This document shows positions 25,525 through 39,055 of a DNA stretch of 64,000 bases, piece by piece. The DNA is taken from NCBI RefSeq assembly GCF_006345805.1, contig NC_043005.1, positions 23,002,001-23,066,000 of the forward strand, written 5' to 3'. The notes under the pieces are model-generated. The model was not told where the DNA came from, searched no databases, and saw nothing but the letters and a program-made list of their open reading frames with translations. The stretch is from Octopus sinensis (Eukaryota). How positions within the stretch are numbered: the first letter of the stretch is position 1; the number at the start of each line of letters is the position of its first letter. Made by a program: the position numbers and the translations under genes.

Positions 25525-25700
25525 TAACAACATCGAAAAATACCTTAGGAATGAGAACCCAGGTTCAAAATTTTCCCAAGACACCTGATGAAGGCTGGAG
25601 GGTATATCAGCTGAAACGTTGTGTTAACAATAAACAAGATGAGGACAAATGTCCATCAAATGTAAATAATGTAAATAATTCCTCATCTCTTAAATATAGA
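25405..25700 (+). mobile_element. tRNA-headed SINE with (AAT)n spacer and hammerhead-containing tail
   Basis: A-box ggcatagtgg (25405), B-box gttcgattcc (25449-25458), (AAT)n about 25475-25525, 9-bp direct repeat acagaataa at 25396-25404 and 25701-25709. Confidence 0.8.
25580..25625 (+). ncRNA. Minimal type I hammerhead ribozyme motif (dimer-type)
   Basis: gacac-CTGATGA-a-ggctg-loop-cagct-GAAA-CG-TT-gtgtt: stem I gacac/gtgtt, stem II ggctg/cagct, palindromic loopless stem III. Confidence 0.7.
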
Positions 25701-25744
25701 ACAGAATAAAACTTTTGTTTTCTAACTACCTGAACTAGAGAAGT

Positions 25745-27232
25745 TTCAGATATGGAAGCAAGGTCTAGAATCAAAAGGCTTTGAGTTAACCTAGCAAAAA
25801 CCAAAGTCTTAGGAAGTGGGAAGGCAAACAAATCACAAATCCCTTCAGGTAGATTGGCCTGCACAATCTGTAGTAAAGGTGTAGGTAGAAACTCCATAAG
25901 ATGCACCCAGTGTAAGCTTTGGACACATAAAAGGTACAACTATGTCAGAGGAAGGTTAACAGGAAAACTAGCTTTTGTATGTGGAAGGTGCACAGGTACA
26001 ATAAACACTAAAAAGGTACAGAAAATAGACTCCATCAACTGACAGGATAGCAAGCTAGAGGTAGTAGATAGCTTCCATTATCTAGGTGACCAAGTTAGTA
26101 GTGGAAGTGGATGCTCCAAGAGCATAGCTGTGAGAATAAGATTAGGCTGGGCAAAGTTCAGAGAGCTCCTACCTCTGCTGGTAACAAAGGGCTTCTCCCT
26201 CAGATTGCATGATGCCTGTGTGTGAACAGTTATGCTACATGGCAGTGAAACATGGGCTGTAACAGCTTAGGATATGCGTAGGCTTGAAAGAAATGAAGCT
26301 AATATGCTTCGCTGGATGTGCAATGTCAGTGTGCATGTTCAACAGAGTGTAAACATCTTGAGAGAAAAGTTAGGCATAAGAGGAATCAGATGTGGTGTGC
26401 AAGAGATACAACTGTGCTTGTATGGTCATGTGATGCATATGGGCAAGTACAGCTGTATAAAGAAGTGCTAATCTCTAACTGTGGAGAGAGCCTGTGATAG
26501 AGGTAGACCCAGGAAGACATGGAATGGGGTGGGGAAGCATGATCTTCAGACTTAGAGCCTGATAGAGGCAATGACTGGTGACCAAGACCTTTGGCGATGT
26601 GCTGTGCTTGAGAGGACCCGTCAAGCTAAGTGTACCCATGCTGGTGGCACATAAAGAACATCTTTTGAATGTCGGGCCTCACAGAGGCAAAGTGCCTGAG
26701 TTCCTTTCGAGTTTTGGGCTTCACAGAGGCAAAGTGGCTAAGTTCCTTCTAAGCATTGGGCCTCATGGAAGCAAAGTGACTGAGTTCCTTTCAAGTGTTG
26801 GGCCTCACAGAGGTATGGTGGCTGAGTTCCCACCAAGCATTGGGCCTCACAGAGCAAAGTGGCTGAGTTTTTTTCGAGTGTTGGGCCTCATGGAGGCTAT
26901 AACCAAGACCTTTGGCACTATGTCATGCTTGAGAAGACGACCCATCAAGCCGAGCAAAATCACAGTCATGAGATACCAGTGTCACACAAATTGGTGCCTG
27001 TGCCAGTGGCATGTAATCTCCCCACCCATGTCACACAAATAGCACCCATACTAGTGACACATAAAAGCACCCATTGCACTCTTGGAGTGGTTGGCATTAG
27101 GAAGGGCATCCAGAGTAGAAAACCATGCCAAATCAGACTGGAGTCTGGTGCAGCCTTCCAGCGTGTCAGCCCAGTCAAACCATCTAACCCATGCTAGCAT
27201 GGACAACGGATATTAAATGATGAGGATGGTGA
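25745..27232 (+). mobile_element. Older 5'-truncated RTE copy (PHD region to tail)
   Basis: Aligns with 8120-9020 (frameshifted), then a variant 3'UTR and an (atg)n-like tail. Confidence 0.85.
26674..26897 (+). repeat. 42-bp minisatellite, about 5.4 units, in the RTE 3'UTR
   Basis: Units start at 26674, 26716, 26758, 26800, 26842 and 26883; consensus gggcctcacagaggcaaagtggctgagttcctttc(gagtgtt/aagcatt). Confidence 0.9.
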
Positions 27233-28037
27233 TGAGATCCTAACTTCAGAACAATGATGGTTTTGAACTGGAATTGAAGGGAATTAGCATCAGGAGTATG
27301 GTACAGATGAAAATGAAGAACATGCATTTTTCAAAGACATAAAAATTCATGTTTCTTTTCTTTATTATTCAATAATTCATTATAGTTGTTGGAGGGCCAC
27401 TAAATAGTTCTTCATTATGTAATGTATAGGGTTTCTGGTCCATGTGATGGTGTTCATTTCTGTTTCAAATGTACCTACAAGGGACCTGGAAGTTAGCACT
27501 ACAAACCAACAAAGCAATTTTCTCATGTTTCACTGCTTACAACTAAATAGACAATATAGGAGACAAGTCATGTCTTGGTTATTTATTTGTTACCTTATTC
27601 CCTAAATTTCCTGCTGGTAACTTTCCTTACACAATCTGGTACCTATTCCAATAACAACTTGCTTAACAAACCAGCAAATGTGGAGAACTATCACTGGAAA
27701 CAAAATATTGGGCCACCTTTTATTTATTTACATGGATAGAATTGACAGCCCTCAATAACAACATAAGCTATGGGGTTCGTATTATCTTATCTATAACCAA
27801 ATTCAACATATTGAAATAACTATTTCCTGGCTATCGGCTGTCCTGGTTGTATAAATTGTAATTGTTCAAATAATAGATATGAAGCTAGAATACAATAGTA
27901 ATTCTAAGACTTTGCACTGTAATGGTAACAAATTCAACATTCTTTCTTGTCTGGCTCAGTAACATGTTCCTTTTGAATAGCATCGAGTTTAAAATAAATT
28001 TATACTCTCTCTCTCTCTCTCTCTATCTCTATCTCTC

Positions 28038-28068
<31 letters not shown>

Positions 28069-28479
28069 CTCTTTCTATCTATCTATCTATCTATTTATCT
28101 ATCTACCTCTATATCTATATATTTATCTGTTGTTTTGGTCAGCATCACCTGGAGTCATTTTCTAAAATTTTGGTTAAGATTCTTGTGATTAAGATTTCTA
28201 GTTTTTACTCATCTGCATAGGAACAGTTATTTTTCCAGTCTTAAAAGACCTGATAAGATCAAATCACTACCTTTTCTCCTTTTACTCCTGACTAAACCAA
28301 AAAAAAAAGAAGAAAAATTAAAATAATTAATGTGGCAAATTGGCAGAGTTGTTACGGCCTCAGATAAAATGTCTCAGTATTTGTTCATCTATTCAACAGA
28401 GTTCAAATCCCACCAAGGTCAACTTTACTTTTCATCCTTTCAGGAACTGGTAGAATTGTATTAATGTTTGACTAGATAC

Positions 28480-31400
28480 TGTTGTAGTGAAAATGCTACA
28501 CCCTTTCCCACATGACAAAGTGGTATGAACCAGGCACTATAAAGTTAGACAGTCAGTCATTGTAGGATGTCAGTAGTAGTAGAGTCATTGTATGAGTTCT
28601 CGGTTGGAGTTAAGTGTCAGTTATGTGTTATAGTCAAGTTCAAGTTACTGTCAAGTAGATGTTTCGAAGTTGTTGTCTTGCGGTGCACAATGAGTGAGTC
28701 AAAGATAATAAGATGCAGAATACTGCCATAACATAATAGTGGCAACAAAAATATTACAGTGCCAACAACTACATACAAGTGGACAAGGATCCACATTATA
28801 ACAGTGGTACCAAGGATATAAACAATTCATGTGGACAAAATTGAAAATAAAAAAGTTTTTTCACAAGAAATTAAACAATGCACGCAGATGATGTTGAAAA
28901 TTATTTCATGAGGAGAGATTAAAAATTTGACAGAGGAGTAACAAACATTTTTGTTGTATATATTTTACAAAAAATTTGTAAAATTATGAAAAACTTGTTA
29001 GAGGGTTTAGCTGAGTTGCAAATATAGCAATAACTCAAAGAACAACAACAAATGTTACAGCAACAAATGCTACAACTAATGAAGTTGGTAACAAAACTAG
29101 AAAATACATTTTTGCCAAATCCTGTAACAAATTCAGTAAATGAATTTAAATATGACCTGGAAGAAGGAATCACTTTTGAGCTATATTACCAAAGATTTGA
29201 ACAAATATTCGAAAAAGGCTGCCAAGACTGGACAGACAAAATGAAAACATGTCTAATTCTGAGGAAACTGGTGATAATAGAGCATGGAAAATATTGTAAC
29301 TTTATATTGCCTAAAAAAGTTTCTGACATAAATTTCACAGGCACAATTGACATTTTATGTAGGATGTTTAATGAAAAAACATTGTCATTCAGCACACACT
29401 GGAAGTATCTGAACACTGAGAAAAGCAAAGACTTTACCACATATGCAGGCAGAGTGAACAGAGAGTGTGAGAGATTTAAACTGGATAAACTAACTCCAGA
29501 AGTCAGAATGAAAGTTCTCGAAAAGCTGGAAATGAACCAGGATATAACTCTCCAGAAACTGTCAGAAGAGTGTGATGTGATATTAAAAGCAAAGCACAAC
29601 ACAGAAGAAATCCAACACAGATAATTTACAGCTGAAACCAGTGTGGAAGAGTTGGAAGATAGATAAGTGCTTCACAAAAAACACAATATACATCAGGAGA
29701 TAAAGCCATGTATGACATGTGATGGTAGGCACCTGAGAAAAGAGTATCCATTCACAAAAGTGAAGTGTTTTTGTTGTGGGAACTAAGATGACAAGAAATT
29801 TGACCAACAAGAAAAAATTAATATTTTGTCATCAGAGAAAAAAGTTTGTTCAGTGAACAGAAAATTCATCAAGGCGAGAATCAAAACCACTAGTGTCTAA
29901 ATGCAATTAGACATGGGTAGTGACCTAACTATCATAAATGAAGAAACATGGATACAAATCAGTAAGCCGAAATTATTTAAATCAAATAAAGTAGCATATG
30001 GTATTACAGGAAAGAAATTATATTTCAGCAGCAAATGTATCTACAATGTAACTTTTTGAAGTGAAACAAAAAGAATGATCACTTACGTATTAAAAAATTG
30101 CTAAACCTATTTGGCATAGAATGCATAGAATTATTTAAAATGTGGGATATTCCCATTAGTGTTCTCTGTGAAAATGTAGTCAGCATGGTTAAAAGTTCGA
30201 ACAAAGCTGAACAACTGAGACAAAAAATTTTTTAAATTGTTTCTAAATGTTTTTTGGAAGGATTAGGATGTTGCACTAAAACAAAAGAGAGGATCACGGT
30301 AAAAGAAAAGGCAACATCTGTTTTTAAGCACAAATGGGGCGTGCCATTTGTGGTGTTAGATCAGGTCAATAAAGAGCTAGAAAGACGAGAAAGTCTAGCT
30401 ATAATTGAAAAAGTCGACCATTCAGAGTGGGCAGCTCCAATAGTTTATGTAAAAAAACATTATAAACTAAGAGTATGTGTGAACTTTTCAACTGTTTACT
30501 CAAACACAACTATCCATTACCAAGGCCAGAAAAAGTGTACTCAAAAACTAAATCATTATCATCATTTAACGTCCGCTTTCCATGCTAGCATGGGTTGGAC
30601 AGTTCGACTGTGGTCTTGGAAGCCAGGAGGCTGCACCAGGCCCAGTCTGATCTGGCAGTGTTTCTACAGCTGGATGCCCTTCCTAATGCCAACCACTCTG
30701 TGAGTGTAGTGGGTGCTTTTTATGTGCCACTGGTACGGTGCCAGGTGAGGCTGGCAAACGGCCACGATCAGTTAGTGCCTTTTATGTGCCACCGGCACGG
30801 AGGCCAGTCAGGGCGGTGCTGGCAATGGCCATGTTCAGATGGTTCTTTTACGTGCCACAAGCACTGGTATCACAACTACAATTTCCATTGACTTTTGAGC
30901 AATTTCGATTCCGATTTCACTTGCCTCAACAGGTCTTCACAAGCAGAGTTTTGTGTTCCAAGAAGTAAAGGTATGCATAAGTGGGCTGGCTACATCCCAG
31001 GTAGAGGCCACGGGTTATGGCCTCACTTGTCCTGCCGGGTCTTCTCACGCACAGCATACTTCCAATGGTCTCGGTCACTAGTCACCATCTCAGTGAGACC
31101 TAATGTTCGAAGGTTGTACTTCACCACCTCGTCCCAGGTTTTCCTGGGTCTACCTCTTTCACAGGTTCCCTCAACCGCTAGGGTGTGGCACTTTTTCACA
31201 CAATTATCTTCATCCATTCTCGTCACATGACCATACCAGTGCAATCGTCTCTCTTGCACACTACAACTGATGCTTCTTAGGTCCAACTTTTCTCTCAAGG
31301 TACTTACACTCTGTCGAGTATGAACACTGACATTACACATCCATCGGAGCATACTGGCTTCATTTCTTGTGAGCTTACGCATATCCTTAGCAGTCACAGC

Positions 31401-32220
31401 CCATGTTTCACTGCCATGTAGCATGGCTGTTTGTATACTTGTGTCATACAGTCTACCTTTTACTTTGAGCGAGAGGCCTTTTGTCACCAGCAGAGGTAAG
31501 AGCTCTCTGTACTTTGCCCAGGAAATTCTTACTCTAGCAGTTACACTTTCAGCACACCCGCTACTGACTTGGTCACCTAGGTAACGGAAGCTATCAACTA
31601 CTTCTAGTTTTTCTCCCTGGAATGTGACGGAAGTTGTTCTCTGGACATTTTCAGTGTTTATTGCTCCTGAGCATCTGCTACAAACAAAAACTATCTTCCT
31701 AGTTAGCCTTCCTTTGACATTGCTGCACCTCTTATGTGTGCATAGCTTACACTTGGAGTAAAAATTTTCTCAAAGTTAGACCTCACAGAGGCCTATTAAC
31801 AAGTAGAGGAAGATTGCACACATCTTTTAACAATTAACACGCCATGAATTGTATAAATTCATGCAGCATCTTTTTGGAGAGAATGTGACCCCTGCTATAT
31901 TCCAACACGTGATGGATGCAATATTAAATGATTGCAACTTCACTTTTGTTTATCTCAATGATATTTTGATAAAGAGTAAGTCAGTGGAGCAAGACTTCAA
32001 ACATATTAAAAAAGTATTCGAAAAAGTAAATAAATATGGGTTTAGACTAAAAGCGGAAAAGTGAATTTTTGATGGAAAAAATCAAATATTTGGGTCAAGT
32101 AATTGACAAAAGGGAATAATGACCAAACCCATCAAGGGTGACAGCAATATGGAATATGCCTCCCCTAATGGACATCAAATTGTTACAAGCGTTAGGCTTG
32201 GTAAACTACTATCAAGTTAG
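28480..32220 (+). mobile_element. Degenerate Ty3/Gypsy LTR retrotransposon (gag, protease, RT)
   Basis: Gag-like ORF 29052-29624; protease QLDMGSDLTII (~29900); RT SEWAAPIVYVKK..LRVC (~30425-30480) and FSKLDLTEAY..PAIFQHVMD..VYLNDILI (31766-31975). Possible 5' LTR TGTTG..ATAACA (28480-28733) followed by PBS-like tggcaac (28740). Confidence 0.8.
30554..31756 (-). mobile_element. 5'-truncated RTE copy nested in the Gypsy RT
   Basis: The reverse complement matches 8281-9020 plus the 3'UTR. The Gypsy frame KLN|GVKIFSKLDL is split at 30553/31755. Confidence 0.9.
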
Positions 32221-32239
32221 ATAAAATGTATAGTGAGAA

Positions 32240-32720
32240 GATTAATAGGTTATGCATGATGATGGCAACATCAAATGAGCAGATCAAACCAAATGCTATT
32301 AAAATCTCCTGACATGATAATGAGGTCACAATCATTTATTATCAAGCTAGTCTACAAGAGCACCACACAGAAATGGTTCTTTTGCTCATCTGTCAACCTT
32401 GATTGTGATGCAGATGCAGAGGTCACTGATGATGTTGTGTTACTTGTTACTAGTCTAGCATAAATATTCTGATTATTTCAGTTACTTTATCTCTCTATTT
32501 CTCTGCCAGCGATATGTCCTCTTCATCCATCATAACAAATTGTAAGAGGTTATTAAAAGGCAGAGCATCCAAGCCTATCTTTCATCCTGTCAACGTTAAC
32601 AGTGGAAGCCCTCACAGGAAGAGGAGGAGAGTTCCAGATGATTGATTGGTTGTTTGACATCTATTTTCTGCATCTGAAAGGAAGATAGTTGGTGATATGA
32701 TCTTTTAATCTTACACCCAA
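32240..32720 (-). mobile_element. RTE endonuclease fragment including the N-terminus missing from the 6207 copy
   Basis: Translates to ASTVNVDRMKDRLG and SQSRLTDEQKNHF..LL.TSLIIND.DLIIMSGDFNS, homologous to 6300-6425. Confidence 0.6.
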
Positions 32721-34371
32721 CCATCCCATTGCCTGCACAGCACTATCATGTTAAATGTTAGTCATATACACCAATCATGATTTTTAATTGTGTCTGTGAC
32801 TGTCATGATTTTGACATATTTTTTAGAGGGCTTTATGCTCTTCTTATCACCAACAATTTTCCAGCACAGGCTGGTACATTTTATCATGCTCCCAGCACTA
32901 GAGAAATTGTCTTCCAGGTTTAAAATGTACCCTCTGTCTGGTATCAGGTTTTATTTGGAGGAGTATAATTGTGCACAACTTTTGCCAATATATATTGGTG
33001 AAGGATACAGACTTTAGCAAAATAAATTTTCAAACCTGATGTTCTTTGAATAAAATCCTTTGTAATATTTGTTCTACACTGAGTTATAGATACTCCCTTG
33101 TCACTATCTGCCATTAGAAATGCTGAAAACCAGTGATGTCATTCTGTAACCAATGACAGTGATGTCATTCTGTTATTCTTCATTGATTGCAAAAAAAAAA
33201 ATCAAGAAGAAAATAAATGAGTTTGGAGAAGTGAAAAAAACAACAAAAGCTTATTTTGTTTTTTATTTTGTTTCTTGTGAATTTTTTTTGTTTAGTCACC
33301 AGACAACAAAGGTATCAACATAGCTTAGATCAATTGTATTCCAGCAGCGACCATTCCAACTTTCTACAGGTGTCTAAGACTATATTATCCAATATATCCT
33401 TGTTTATATAGGACTGTGGTTTAATTTAAAAGAGGATTAGCTGCTATTTCTAACACGTCATACAACCACATAGAGGTTACCTTGTTAACTCATAGGATTT
33501 TTTTAAAGAGTTAGTTGACATCATTCACCCACCACCACCACCACCACCACCACCACCACTCAAGAACTCCTAAACACCTTGAATCTGTAGTCACCTGCTT
33601 CCATGGATTCTGCTAAAAGTAGGCCCAGTCCAATAAAAGCAGGTTTTTTTGGTAGATAAAATAAGCTAAAGATTAACAGCACTTTTCTGCAAACTGGAAG
33701 CTGATTCACAGAAAAAAAAACACTGAAGAAACAAAGTATTGACCCACTGCTCGACTGATACTTTTATGTATTTATCCCAGATGGATGAAAGATAAAATTG
33801 ACCTTGATGGAATTTGAACACAGAGTACAGAGAACTGGAATGAAATGCTGTAAAATATTCTGTTCAACACTTAGTTCTACCAATTAAATTTTTAAAAATT
33901 GTTTTTAGTTTATCTAAGAAAAGTTAAGCAAAAAACTTGATGGGAAAAAATTAACAGGCATTATTGTTAGAAATGTAGCACAAAGGAACCCAAAGACCCA
34001 GTCTTCAATGACAAAGCATTGCTTATAATTTTGATATTTCTGTAAAATTTTGCAAACTGTCTTCTTACCCATCTTTTCTTTGTTAATCTTAAATTGTAAA
34101 CAAGCTCTTATCTTCCTTATCTTATCTTATGGCATTGCAGTATATAAGTAAATATTCATGTCATTGAAGTAAATAACAATTTGCACCTTACCTACTTTCA
34201 GTTATAGTCTTTCTCTGAGAAGTTCATAAATATGAATAAACTTGAGTTAAGAGGTTTCTTTACATACCTTTGTTGATCAAGACTCAGCAAGATTTTTCTT
34301 TTTTGTTTTCTTATTTGTTGTTTTACTTTATTTGTTAATGTTTTAGCTTATAAACAACCGTGCAAGGAGAG

Positions 34372-35293
34372 GTGACGAAAATGGCTCCTTTAGTACACCA
34401 CATGGTCGATACAATAAATACGAAAAGGATAAATGAGTATAAGTGCCAGAAGGAAAAATAGACACACAACCGGGTGAAATGTTTAAGAGAAAATTTTATT
34501 GATAGGTTAACGTGTGTGTGTGCATCATATATGCATAAAAATAGACAGGCGATCATGAATACAAAGTTTAAGTGTGTGCATTAAGTACAGAGCATTAGAA
34601 GAGTCTATACTATGACATTAGAAGAATGTTCAAACACAAGGATGATAAATGCCAGTTCATAGTCAAGGTACATGATAGTTGAAGTGCAATAACAAGAAGT
34701 TGTGGCAGTAATGCAGAGCCGGTTGAGGCACATGTCGTATAAGAAGTTGTGGCTACTATGCTGTTGCCAGTCACTTGATACAGGAAGTCCTCAGGTTGTA
34801 TTTGCTGTTAACCATGGTGAAGTAATTCTCAAACAGCATTGAGATAGAACCTGTGCGACGGTTGCGGGTTACTGTGTATGTAAAGAGATGTTGTTGACGA
34901 CATTAAGAAGACGGTGGCGACAGAGATGGAAGTCCTGAATGCTGCTGGACAAAGTTGAGTCTCCATGTGGCTGCTGTTGTGTTGCCACTGGAACTGGCAA
35001 TGTCCTGTGTGGTCAGTGGCTAGACCTTAAAAGGTCTGGAACCGAAAGACATCGAGACAGTGTGTCACTAGAGTTTTATAGCATGCTATTGGCTCACCAG
35101 AAGTTTGGAAGAGACTGTCGCATGTGACCTTATCAGAAGGCTGTGATTGGTTGAGTTGCATATTGGCACGCAATAGAGCAAGAGACAAATTGCGCCAATA
35201 CCAACCAATCAGAGTAGTGGACACAACAGGGTCCAAAAGGGCAGCCGAAGGCTAGCTGTTATCTACTACGTCCGTATTTATGTATATATAACA
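34372..35293 (-). mobile_element. Probable solo LTR
   Basis: On the - strand: TGTTAT start (35293), several CCAAT boxes, TATAAAA (35074-35080), AATAAA (34495-34500), end ..cgtcac; gagag/agag repeated at both flanks. Confidence 0.45.
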
Positions 35294-36929
35294 GAGAGAG
35301 ATGAATTTCCCTAAGCGTATGCTACAAGCTTATACCTAACCTCAAACTGAAATACATGTCTGATAGTCCACAAAAAATAAAAAGAATAAACATAAATATC
35401 ATAAAAAGAGAAGAAACAGACAATCAAAATTAATAACAGTATATCTATCTTTGTTTACCAGAGATATTTGTTACAAAAGTGTTAAATGAATCAGTGATAA
35501 TGAATACATGGGAAAAAAAGATTTCTTTCCAAGACCTCAAGTTGTTTTGAGTATTGCAGATGGTTACCAGAGCATGCTTTTGTGGTCCGAGCAGAATCTT
35601 TGACTGATCACTGACCCATACTATCACAGATCAATTTGTAATAAACACAATGCGCATACCATGTTATCCCGAGTCAGAGATGAACAAATCAGTGATAACC
35701 AAGGTTAGACATATCAAAAATTTAATAAAGAATAGCGAAATGAAAAACAGCAATGTTTGTTGAAATTGTAGCAAACAACTATGGCGAATTCTTTTGGATG
35801 ACAATTCAGAAAGCTTAAAATACGGCTTGTGATACAATTAATGATACTTGAGCACACAAATTGTAAACAATATTGAAGCTGAGTTCTGAAAGAAAATATA
35901 GAGAACAAGGATTCTAATCTTTTTATCTCTTGAGTGAAATTTGTCCTCTTGAATGAAGATTCAAGAGGACAAACTTTATAAGCATCAACAATGGTGCTTA
36001 TGTGTTATGCTAATCAATAATAACTGCCAGAGTTTTAGATAGATCTGGTGCTCCCAGATCCAATGTTTTCTCTTATAATTATGATAAATAAACAAGTAAA
36101 GTCTTACTGATAGAAACTCAATAAGGAATAGCTAATAATAATTGTCACCATGAATAGGCATTGAGCACACAAATAAACCTGGAAATTGCAAATTAGGTAT
36201 ATGCCATACACCGCCATACCCCAAACCCTTTTTCCATCACTGTTCCGTATCATTGTAGTTAATAAAGCTGGAACTTCTAAAAAATTTTCCACCAAATTTG
36301 ACTACTGCAAGTAAAGTGCTTTAGAAAATATACAAATCTGTAACCCATCAAATAACAGGGATGTAATATGGTTAAGTTTATATGTATTATAACATCTTTA
36401 CATAGAACATGGTGAATAAACAAACAGAGACAATGTAGCATAGGCAGAATTTTTTTGTCTAATTGGAAACAAGATCTCAATGATCAAATTCCTTTAGGAC
36501 ATCCATCCACAGAAACCATGCCCAAAAAAGTGAAATGTATGAATGAGACATGGTCCCCAAAGTGTCTAGGAGGGTAGTAACTCCAAATAACAACTGACAT
36601 GGAGTATGACAATCCACCCAGACCCTACCAACCTGGAAAAGCATGGAGAATGATGAGGAGAAAAATATTAATCTTCGAATGTGCTGAAAAAGACCAATAA
36701 ATAATTTGCTTTCTGCTTAATTTCAGTTTTGCAATGTTAAGACCAGAATGTTTGATGAAGTGATTATTCACAAATACAATAGCTAGAGATCTAATTAATT
36801 TGTAGATGGTTTTTTTTTATGATCAATACAGAGAATGTACTAGCTATAAACAAATTATTTACAAGCTAGATTGTCTAAAGTACTGTAGGTGCAAGCTACT
36901 TTATTTTAGGTTAATCCTGTCAGCGGTAG

Positions 36930-37299
36930 TGACAGCAATGGTATTGTGAGCTGGCAGAAATGTTAGCATATCAAACAAAACGTTTTGCAGCATTACTTCC
37001 AGCTCTTTTATGTTCTAAGTTCATATACCACCAAGGTCAACTTTGCCTTTCATCCTTTCGATATTGATGAAATAAAGTACCAGTAAAGTACTGTAATCGA
37101 CTAATCTCCTCCTCTTAAAATTGCTGGGCTTGTGCTAAAATTTGAAACCATTATGTAATCCTCAATAGGGAGGAGGTGTTTTTCCATGAGCAGCCCTCAA
37201 ATGTTTCCTCCCTACTGTGGATTACACATTGCTGATTTGAAAAAAAAATTTTGTTAGTCTTGTTTACATGCAAAACCCTCACAACACACACTCACGCAT

Positions 37300-37358
<59 letters not shown>

Positions 37359-38060
37359 CACACACGCACAGTCTTTGTTTTGTCCTGTGCTGCCCATAAT
37401 GTTTTTCTTAATGTAAACCCTGTTGAGCCCTGAGATTATGGTAATCAACTAGCCCAACCCCTGTTGCTGGTCTTGTACCAAAATTTGGAACATTAGTGTT
37501 GGAAATAATAACAATAGTAATAGCTATAATTTTTTTAGAAAGACCATGATTTGACAGAACTTGTTAACGCATGATACAAAATGCCTGGTGATATTTCTTC
37601 CAACACATTACATTGTACATTAAAATCCCACCAAGGTTGACTTTGCCTTTCACCTTTTTGAAGTCGATAAAATAAGTACCAGTTGAGCATTGGAGTCAAT
37701 GTGATCAACAAGTACACCATCCCACTCAAACATACTGGCCTTGAACCAAAATTTGAAGCCATTATTATTGGTAGAGTGGAAGACTGTAATAGTGCTGTAT
37801 ACATTTGTCATCCTTAGAATAATGGTTCAAATCTACCTCCTGAGATGATGCTAGACTGACAGCTTCATTAGAATACTGGATAAAATGCTTTGCACTATTT
37901 GTTTCAGTTCTTCACATTCTGAGTTCAAATGCCACCCAGGTCATCTTTACCTTTCATCCTCTAAGATTGATAAAGTACCAGGCAAGTACTAGGGTCCATG
38001 GTATCAACTAATTTTCCCTCCTCAAATTTACTGGCCTTGTGCCTAAATCAGAAATTATTA
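36930..38060. mobile_element. Cluster of decayed SINEs with (CA)n at about 37285-37370
   Basis: Repeated SINE head and core remnants. Confidence 0.6.
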
Positions 38061-39055
38061 TTACCATTCCAAGCTATATTACATGTTTCTAGACCATTCT
38101 TGGACAGTTTCAGTCATATATTAGTTCTTCTATGAGAAGAGGTTGTTAGCCACTTGTTTAGTGTAGTTTCTGATGTAAAAACAGGCAACAATGTCATGGC
38201 TGGAATAGCTTTTATCATAAATTTATCCAAGCTTGAAGTAACCAGCTAAATTTCCTTCCATCACACATCATGCATCAACATCATCATCATTTTACATCCT
38301 TTTTTCCGTGCTCACGTGGGTTGGATGGAATTTGTTGAGGTGGATTTTCTTTGGCTGGATGCTGTCTCAGTTGCCAACCCTTACCTGTTTCTAAGTAAAA
38401 TCATATTTCTCTATGTCCAGATGTGTTTTCATGAAAAATTAGAAACAAAGGATATTGCTTACATGGTAGTGACACTCATTTACAAATATCACACAGAGTC
38501 AAAACAAGGAGACAGTAACAAACACACACACACACACACACACACATACACACACTATTTATATCTATGTGTTTTGTGTTACTATAGTTATACTAGAATA
38601 TTATCAAAGATCTTTTTCATTTATTAAGACTTCATGATATGAATATAACATTTAGCTTATTTCAGGATCATATATTAGCAATGTCATAGTGATTTGTCAC
38701 TTCAAGGACTTGAGTTTTATCATTTCTGACCATATCTACCATGAGCTGTAAGGTTGGAATGATAACAACAACAACAACAATAATAACAATAATCTCTGAT
38801 TAAGACTTAAATTATTCTAATGCCCCAATTATTCTGCTAGCTTGTTTCCTCACTGGTTTCAAATTCAGGAACAATGATCAGCAATTTTGAGACAAGTGCA
38901 AAAGTTCTTAGCATCTACCTCACTAATTCTTTGGAACTTTATTTTATCAACCCCAAAAGAATGAAGGCAAAATTGACCTTGGCAGGTTTTGAATGAAGAA
39001 TGCAAAGAACTGGAACAGATAGGGCACAGCATTTTGTCCCATATTCTAACAATTC

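Noticed and set aside
26674-26897. Regular 42-bp array as a CRISPR array, or as a real repeat protein (track ORF 26578-27042)
   Set aside because: Units are wholly repeated with no unique spacers, there are no cas genes, the context is eukaryotic, and it lies in a LINE 3'UTR; the ORF follows from the 42-bp period.
35464-36315. Acceptor/donor-flanked segments that might be exons of another gene
   Set aside because: Stops in all frames for 35464-35704; the 36197-36312 peptide is not recognisable.
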